NCBI RefSeq assembly: GCF_964355755.1
Contig: NC_092671.1
Span: 21,655,317 to 21,719,316, forward strand
DNA length: 64,000 nucleotides
Source of the DNA: Antedon mediterranea
Taxonomy: Eukaryota; Animalia; Echinodermata
Direction: 5' to 3'
The notes below the pieces were generated by a model. That model did no database searches. It saw only the letters and a program-made list of their open reading frames with translations, and was not told where the DNA came from. Below are positions 55,001-64,000 of the stretch, piece by piece. Position numbers and translations under genes: made by a program. Position 1 is the first letter of the stretch, and each line of letters starts with the position of its first letter.

Positions 55001-58000
55001 ATCGCATTTGGAGACGTTTTAGACCATTTTGTGATTTTCGAAAACAACTTGTTAACATAAAAACACCAAAGTGCTTAGAATAGCTTCAAATCGCATTTGG
55101 AGACGTTTTAGACCAATTTGTGATTTTCGAAAAAACTTGGTTACACAAAAACATCAAAGTGGATAAAATCACATTATAACCCGTTTTAGACCATTTTGAG
55201 CATATCGATAACACTTTTCACACAAAAACATCAAAGACCACAATATAGCTTAATATCGTATTTAAAAACGTTTTAGACCATTTTGAGCATTTCGACAAAA
55301 CTTTTTCACACAAAACACCAAAGTGCTTAGAATAGCTTCAAATCGCATTTGGAGACGTTTTAGACCATTTTGTGATTTTCGAAAAAACTTGTTAACATAA
55401 AAACATCAAAGTGCTAAGAATAGCTTCAAATCGCATTTGGAGACATTTTAGACCAATTAGTGATTTTCGAAAAAACTTGGTTACACAAAAACATCAAAGT
55501 GGTTAAAATCACATTGTAAACCGTTTTAGACCATTTTGAGCATTTCGATAACACTTTTCACACAAAAACATCAAAGTGCTTAGAATAGCTTCAAATCGCA
55601 TTTGGAGACGTTTTAGACCATTTTGTGATTTTCGAAAAAAACTTTTTAACATAAAAACACCAAACTGCTAAGAATAGCTTCAAATCGCATATGGAGACAA
55701 TTTAGACCATTTTGTGATTTTCGAAAAAACTTGTTAACATAAAAACACCAAAGTGCTTAGAATACCTTCAAATCGCATTTGGAGACATTTTAGACCATTT
55801 TGTGATTTTCGAAAAAACTTGTTAACATAAAAACATCAAAGTGCTAAGAATAGCTTCCAATCGCATTTGGAGACGTTTTAGACCATTTTGTGATTTTCGA
55901 AAACAACTTGTTAACATAAAAACACCAAAGTGCTTAGAATAGCTTCAAATCGCATTTGGAGACGTTTTAGACCAATTTGTGATTTTCGAAAAAACTTGGT
56001 TACACAAAAACATCAAAGTGGATAAAATCACATTATAAACCGTTTTAGACCATTTTGAGCATTTCGATAACACATTTCACACAAAAACATCAAAGAGCAC
56101 AAAATAGCTTAATATCGTATTTAAAAACGTTTTAAACCATTTTGAGCATTTCGACAAAACTTTTTCACACAAAACACCAAAGTGTACAGAATAGCTTCAA
56201 ATCGCATTTGGAGACGTTTTAGACCATTTTGTGATTTTCGAAAAAACTTGTTAATATAAAAACACCAAAGTACTTAGAATAGCTTCAAATCGCATTTGGA
56301 GACGTTGTAGACCATTTTGTGATTTTCGAAAAAACTTGTTAACATAAAAACACCAAAGTTTACAGAATAGCTTCAAATCGCATTTGGAGACGTTTTAGAC
56401 AATTTTGTGCATTTCGATGAAACTTGGTTACACAAAAACATCAAAGTGCTTAAAATCACATTATAAACCGTTTTAGACCATTTGAGCATTTCCATAACAC
56501 TTTTCACACAAAAACATCAAAGGGCACAATATAGCTTAATATCCTATTTAAAAACGTTTTAGACCATTTTGAGCATTTCGACAAAACTTTTTCACACAAA
56601 ACACCAAAGTGCTTAGAATACCTTCAAATCGCATTTGGAGACGTTTTAGACCATTTTGTGATTTTCGAAAAAACTTGTTAACATAAAAACACCAAAGTGC
56701 TTAGAATAGCTTCAAATCGCATTTGGAGACGTTTTAGACCATTTTGTGATTTTCGAAAAAACTTGTTAACATAAAAACACCAAAGTGTTTAGAAAAGCTT
56801 CAAATCGCATTTGGAGACGTTTTAGACCATTTTGTGATTTTCGAAAAAACTTGTTAACATAAAAACACCAAAGTGTTTAGAAAAGCTTCAAATCGCATTT
56901 GGAGACGTTTTAGACCATTTTGGGATTTTCGAAAAAACTTGTTAACATAAAAACACCAAAGTGCTTAGAATAGCTTCAAATCGCATTTGGAGACGTTTTA
57001 GACCATTTTGTAATTTTCAAAAAAACTTGTTAACATAAAAACACCAAAGTTCTTAGAATAGCTTCAAATCGCATTTGGAGACGTTTTAGACCATTTTGTG
57101 CATTTCGATGAAACTTGGTTACACAAAAACATCAAAGTGCTTAAAATCACATTATAAACCGTTTTAGACCATTTGAGCATTTCGATAACACTTTTCACAC
57201 AAAAACATCAAAGGGCACAATATAGCTTAATATCCTATTTAAAAACGTTTTAGACCATTTTGAGCATTTCGACAAAACTTTTTCACACAAAACACCAAAG
57301 TGCTTAGAATACCTTCAAATCGCATTTGGAGACGTTTTAGACAATTTTGTGATTTTCGAAAAAACTTGTTAACATAAAAACATCAAAGTTTACAGAATAG
57401 CTTCAAATCGCATTTGGAGACGTTTTAGACAATTTTGTGATTTTCGAAAAAACTTGTTAACATAAAAACACCAAAGTGCTTAGAATAGCTTCAAATCGAA
57501 TTGGGAGACGTTTTAGACCATTTTGTGATTTTCGAAAAAACTTGTTAACATAAAAACATCAAAGTGTACAGAATAGCTTCAAATCGCATTTGGAGACGTT
57601 TTAGACCATTTTGTGATTTTCGAAAAAACTTGTTAACATAAAAACACCAAAGTGCTTAGAATAGCTTCAAATCGCATTTGGAGACGTTTTAAACCATTTT
57701 GTGATTTTCGAAAAAACTTGTTAACATAAAAACACCAAAATGTTTAGAATAGCTTCAAATCGCATTTGGAGACGTTTTAGACCATTTTGTGATTTTCGAA
57801 AAAACTTGTTAACACAAAAACACCAAAGTGATTAGAATAGCTTCAAATCGCATTTGGAGACGTTTTAGACCATTTTGTGATTTTCGAAAAAACTTGTTAA
57901 CATAAAAACACCAAAGTGATTAGAATAGCTTCAAATCGCATTTGGAGACGTTTTAGACCATTTTGTGCATTTCGATGAAACTTGGTTACGCAAAAACATC

Positions 58001-61000
58001 AAAGTGCTTAAAATCACATTATAAACCGTTTTAGACCATTTTGAGCATATCGATAACACTTTTTACACAAAACACCAAAGTGCTTAGAATAGCTTCAAAT
58101 CGCATTTGGAGACGTTTTAGACCATTTTGTGATTTTCGACAAAACTTTTTCACACAAAACACCAAAGTGCTTAGAATACCTTCAAATCGCATTTGGAGAC
58201 GTTTTAGACCATTTTGTGATTTTCGAAAAAACTTGTTAACATAAAAACATCAAAGTGTACAGAATAGCTTCAAATCGCATTTGGAGACGTTTTAGACCAT
58301 TTTGTGATTTTCGAAAAAACTTGTTAACATAAAAACACCAAAGTGCTTAGAATAGCTTCAAATCGCATTAGGAGACGTTTTAGACCATTTTGTGATTTTC
58401 GAAAAAACTTGTTAACATAAAAACACCAAAGTGCTTAGAATAGCTTCAAATCGCATTTGGAGACGTTTTAGACCATTTTGTGATTTTCGAAAAAACTTGT
58501 TAACATAAAAACACCAAAATGTTTAGAATAGCTTCAAATCGCATTTGGAGACGTTTTAGACCATTTTGTGATTTTCGAAAAAACTTGTTAACACAAAAAC
58601 ACCAAAGTGATTAGAATAGCTTCAAATCGCATTTGGAGACGTTTTAGACCATTTTGTGCATTTCGATGAAACTTGGTTACGCAAAAACATCAAAGTGCTT
58701 AAAATCACATTATAAACCGTTTTAGACCATTTTGAGCATATCGATAACACTTTTCACACAAAAACATCAAAGAGCACAATATAGCTTAATATCGTATTTA
58801 AAAACGTTTTAGACCATTTTGAGCATTTCGACAAAACTTTTTCACACAAAACACCAAAGTGCTTAGAATAGCTTCAAATCGCATTTGGAGACGTTTTAGA
58901 CCATTTTGTGATTTTCGAAAAAACTTGTTAACATAAAAACATCAAAGGGCTAAGAATAGCTTCAAATCGCATTTGGAGACATTTTAGACCAATTAGTGAT
59001 TTTCGAAAAAACTTGGTTACACAAAAACATCAAAGTGGTTAAAATCACATTATAAACCGTTTTAGACCATTTTGAGCATTTCGATAACACTTTTTACACA
59101 AAAACATCAAAGTGCTTAGAATAGCTTCAAATCGCATTTGGAGACGTTTTAGACCATTTTGTGATTTTTGAAAAAAACTTTTTAACATATAAACACCAAA
59201 CTGCTAAGAATAGCTTCAAATCGCATATGGAGACAATTTAGACCATTTTGTGATTTTCGAAAAAACTTGTTAACATAAAAACACCAAAGTGCTTAGAATA
59301 CCTTCAAATCGCATTTGGAGACATTTTAGACCATTTTGTGATTTTCGAAAAAACTTGTTAATATAAAAACACCAAAGTACTTAGAATAGCTTCAAATCGC
59401 ATTTGGAGACGTTGTAGACCATTTTGTGATTTTCGAAAAAACTTGTTAACATAAAAACACCAAAGTTTACAGAATAGCTTCAAATCGCATTTGGAGACGT
59501 TTTAGACAATTTTGTGCATTTCGATGAAACTTGGTTACACAAAAACATCAAAGTGCTTAAAATCACATTATAAACCGTTTTAGACCATTTGAGCATTTCC
59601 ATAACACTTTTCACACAAAAACATCAAAGGGCACAATATAGCTTAATATCCTATTTAAAAACGTTTTAGACCATTTTGAGCATTTCGACAAAACTTTTTC
59701 ACACAAAACACCAAAGTGCTTAGAATACCTTCAAATCGCATTTGGAGACGTTTTAGACCATTTTGTGATTTTCGAAAAAACTTGTTAACATAAAAACACC
59801 AAAGTGCTTAGAATAGCTTCAAATCGCATTTGGAGACGTTTTAGACCATTTTGTGATTTTCGAAAAAACTTGTTAACATAAAAACACCAAAGTGTTTAGA
59901 AAAGCTTCAAATCGCATTTGGAGACGTTTTAGACCATTTTGTGATTTTCGAAAAAACTTGTTAACATAAAAACACCAAAGTGTTTAGAAAAGCTTCAAAT
60001 CGCATTTGGAGACGTTTTAGACCATTTTGGGATTTTCGAAAAAACTTGTTAACATAAAAACACCAAAGTGCTTAGAATAGCTTCAAATCGCATTTGGAGA
60101 CGTTTTAGACCATTTTGTAATTTTCAAAAAAACTTGTTAACATAAAAACACCAAAGTTCTTAGAATAGCTTCAAATCGCATTTGGAGACGTTTTAGACCA
60201 TTTTGTGCATTTCGATGAAACTTGGTTACACAAAAACATCAAAGTGCTTAAAATCACATTATAAACCGTTTTAGACCATTTGAGCATTTCGATAACACTT
60301 TTCACACAAAAACATCAAAGGGCACAATATAGCTTAATATCCTATTTAAAAACGTTTTAGACCATTTTGAGCATTTCGACAAAACTTTTTCACACAAAAC
60401 ACCAAAGTGCTTAGAATACCTTCAAATCGCATTTGGAGACGTTTTAGACAATTTTGTGATTTTCGAAAAAACTTGTTAACATAAAAACATCAAAGTTTAC
60501 AGAATAGCTTCAAATCGCATTTGGAGACGTTTTAGACAATTTTGTGATTTTCGAAAAAACTTGTTAACATAAAAACACCAAAGTGCTTAGAATAGCTTCA
60601 AATCGCATTGGGAGACGTTTTAGACCATTTTGTGATTTTCGAAAAAACTTGTTAACATAAAAACATCAAAGTGTACAGAATAGCTTCAAATCGCATTTGG
60701 AGACGTTTTAGACCATTTTGTGATTTTCGAAAAAACTTGTTAACATAAAAACACCAAAGTGCTTAGAATTGCTTCAAATCGCATTTGGAGACGTTTTAAA
60801 CCATTTTGTGATTTTCGAAAAAACTTGTTAACATAAAAACACCAAAATGTTTAGAATAGCTTCAAATCGCATTTGGAGACGTTTTAGACCATTTTGTGAT
60901 TTTCGAAAAAACTTGTTAACACAAAAACACCAAAGTGATTAGAATAGCTTCAAATCGCATTTGGAGACGTTTTAGACCATTTTGTGATTTTCGAAAAAAC

Positions 61001-64000
61001 TTGTTAACATAAAAACACCAAAGTGATTAGAATAGCTTCAAATCGCATTTGGAGACGTTTTAGACCATTTTGTGCATTTCGATGAAACTTGGTTACGCAA
61101 AAACATCAAAGTGCTTAAAATCACATTATAAACCGTTTTAGACCATTTTGAGCATATCGATAACACTTTTTACACAAAACACCAAAGTGCTTAGAATAGC
61201 TTCAAATCGCATTTGGAGACGTTTTAGACCATTTTGTGATTTTCGACAAAACTTTTTCACACAAAACACCAAAGTGCTTAGAATACCTTCAAATCGCATT
61301 TGGAGACGTTTTAGACCATTTTGTGATTTTCGAAAAAACTTGTTAACATAAAAACATCAAAGTGTACAGAATAGCTTCAAATCGCATTTGGAGACGTTTT
61401 AGACCATTTTGTGATTTTCGAAAAAACTTGTTAACATAAAAACACCAAAGTGCTTAGAATAGCTTCAAATCGCATTAGGAGACGTTTTAGACCATTTTGT
61501 GATTTTCGAAAAAACTTGTTAACATAAAAACACCAAAGTGCTTAGAATAGCTTCAAATCGCATTTGGAGACGTTTTAGACCATTTTGTGATTTTCGAAAA
61601 AACTTGTTAACATAAAAACACCAAAATGTTTAGAATAGCTTCAAATCGCATTTGGAGACGTTTTAGACCATTTTGTGATTTTCGAAAAAACTTGTTAACA
61701 CAAAAACACCAAAGTGATTAGAATAGCTTCAAATCGCATTTGGAGACGTTTTAGACCATTTTGTGCATTTCGATGAAACTTGGTTACGCAAAAACATCAA
61801 AGTGCTTAAAATCACATTATAAACCGTTTTAGACCATTTTGAGCATATCGATAACACTTTTCACACAAAAACATCAAAGAGCACAATATAGCTTAATATC
61901 GTATTTAAAAACGTTTTAGACCATTTTGAGCATTTCGACAAAACTTTTTCACACAAAACACCAAAGTGCTTAGAATAGCTTCAAATCGCATTTGGAGACG
62001 TTTTAGACCATTTTGTGATTTTCGAAAAAACTTGTTAACATAAAAACATCAAAGGGCTAAGAATAGCTTCAAATCGCATTTGGAGACATTTTAGACCAAT
62101 TAGTGATTTTCGAAAAAACTTGGTTACACAAAAACATCAAAGTGGTTAAAATCACATTATAAACCGTTTTAGACCATTTTGAGCATTTCGATAACACTTT
62201 TTACACAAAAACATCAAAGTGCTTAGAATAGCTTCAAATCGCATTTGGAGACGTTTTAGACCATTTTGTGATTTTTGAAAAAAACTTTTTAACATATAAA
62301 CACCAAACTGCTAAGAATAGCTTCAAATCGCATATGGAGACAATTTAGACCATTTTGTGATTTTCGAAAAAACTTGTTAACATAAAAACACCAAAGTGCT
62401 TAGAATACCTTCAAATCGCATTTGGAGACATTTTAGACCATTTTGTGATTTTCGAAAAAACTTGTTAACATAAAAACATCAAAGTGCTAAGAATAGCTTC
62501 CAATCGCATTTGGAGACGTTTTAGACCATTTTGTGATTTTCGAAAACAACTTGTTAACATAAAAACACCAAAGTGCTTAGAATAGCTTCAAATCGCATTT
62601 GGAGACGTTTTAGACCAATTTGTGATTTTCGAAAAAACTTGGTTACACAAAAACATCAAAGTGGATAAAATCACATTATAAACCGTTTTAGACCATTTTG
62701 AGCATATCGATAACACTTTTCACACAAAAACATCAAAGACCACAATATAGCTTAATATCGTATTTAAAAACGTTTTAGACCATTTTGAGCATTTCGACAA
62801 AACTTTTTCACACAAAACACCAAAGTGCTTAGAATAGCTTCAAATCGCATTTGGAGACGTTTTAGACCATTTTGTGATTTTCGAAAAAACTTGTTAACAT
62901 AAAAACATCAAAGTGCTAAGAATAGCTTCAAATCGAATTTGGAGACATTTTAGACCAATTAGTGATTTTCGAAAAAACTTGGTTACACAAAAACATCAAA
63001 GTGGTTAAAATCACATTATAAACCGTTTTAGACCATTTTGAGCATTTCGATAACACTTTTCACACAAAAACATCAAAGTGCTTAGAATAGCTTCAAATCG
63101 CATTTGGAGACGTTTTAGACCATTTTGTGATTTTCGAAAAAAACTTTTTAACATAAAAACACCAAACTGCTAAGAATAGCTTCAAATCGCATATGGAGAC
63201 AATTTAGACCATTTTGTGATTTTCGAAAAAACTTGTTAACATAAAAACACCAAAGTGCTTAGAATACCTTCAAATCGCATTTGGAGACATTTTAGACCAT
63301 TTTGTGATTTTCGAAAAAACTTGTTAACATAAAAACATCAAAGTGCTAAGAATAGCTTCCAATCGCATTTGGAGACGTTTTAGACTATTTTGTGATTTTC
63401 GAAAACAACTTGTTAACATAAAAACACCAAAGTGCTTAGAATAGCTTCAAATCGCATTTGGAGACGTTTTAGACCAATTTGTGATTTTCGAAAAAACTTG
63501 GTTACACAAAAACATCAAAGTGGATAAAATCACATTATAAACCGTTTTAGACCATTTTGAGCATTTCGATAACACATTTCACACAAAAACATCAAAGAGC
63601 ACAAAATAGCTTAATATCGTATTTAAAAACGTTTTAAACCATTTTGAGCATTTCGACAAAACTTTTTCACATAAAACACCAAAGTGTACAGAATAGCTTC
63701 AAATCGCATTTGGAGACGTTTTAGACCATTTTGTGATTTTCGAAAAAACTTGTTAATATAAAAACACCAAAGTACTTAGAATAGCTTCAAATCGCATTTG
63801 GAGACGTTGTAGACCATTTTGTGATTTTCGAAAAAACTTGTTAACATAAAAACACCAAAGTTTACAGAATAGCTTCAAATCGCATTTGGAGACGTTTTAG
63901 ACAATTTTGTGCATTTCGATGAAACTTGGTTACACAAAAACATCAAAGTGCTTAAAATCACATTATAAACCGTTTTAGACCATTTGAGGATTTCCATAAC
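37030..64000 (+). repeat. About 14.5-kb tandem duplication (unit about 37030-51491, second copy runs off the window end)
   Basis: Rare variants recur at offset 14462 (CAAAAATATC 37331/51793, TTATAACCC, CATTGTAAA), then 14551 (ATTTGAGGAT 49431/63982, AGAATTGC). The 89-bp shift equals one monomer plus a 1-bp deletion near 43350-43470. Confidence 0.9.
56217..62468 (+). repeat. 3107-bp (36-monomer) tandem duplication, also present at about 41755-47917
   Basis: AATATAAAAA at 56253/59360, ORF starts 58041/61148 and 43490/46597, ACATATAAAC marker in all four copies. 36 x 88 - 61 = 3107. Confidence 0.88.

Larger units (their letters stand above)
21478..64000 (+). repeat. Tandem satellite array (segment 4, uninterrupted, open at window end)
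   Basis: Same monomer family throughout; I saw no inversion or foreign sequence. Confidence 0.97.

Noticed and set aside
1209-61351. About 20 copies of a 62-96 aa ORF (MSISITLFTQNTKVLRIASNRIWRR...)
   Set aside because: They start at TTG and are translations of satellite monomers. The 29-aa repeat reflects the 87-bp monomer being divisible by 3, and the frame closes at TAA in the next 88-mer. No domain or gene context.
1-64000. CRISPR-like or other repeat-spacer array
   Set aside because: There are no unique spacers. Variable positions are point variants of one monomer that recur many times, and there are no cas genes.
1-64000. Naming the host species or declaring this the functional centromere
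   Set aside because: The SINE domain points to an animal and most resembles cnidarian Nin-SINEs as I recall them, but I cannot verify that without a search. Centromere function needs CENP-A data.

Overview
This is eukaryotic (animal-type) non-coding satellite DNA with no credible protein-coding gene. About 98% of the window is one head-to-tail, single-orientation AT-rich (~32% GC) tandem array of roughly 730 monomers. The main monomer is 88 bp (AGACCATTTTGTGATTTTCGAAAAAACTTGTTAACATAAAAACACCAAAGTGCTTAGAATAGCTTCAAATCGCATTTGGAGACGTTTT). Recurring 78-bp and 86/87-bp classes, plus rarer 75-, 79-, 85- and 89-bp variants, follow a fixed local order. Nested duplications of 0.25 to 14.5 kb overlie this. 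The only non-satellite sequence is three near-identical 357-bp inserts starting at 9444, 16792 and 21121. Each is a tRNA-derived SINE with consensus Pol III A and B boxes, a central domain resembling the Deu/Nin SINE domain and a (TAAA)n tail. All three share the same insertion point and private flanking variants, so they are one insertion multiplied by array duplication, and empty-site versions exist later in the window. A (peri)centromeric location is plausible but not shown by sequence alone. All supplied ORFs are judged to be repeat artefacts. I found no new gene system. The best leads are the co-amplified, promoter-intact, structured SINE, the 10-bp-quantised monomer structure and the readable duplication history.
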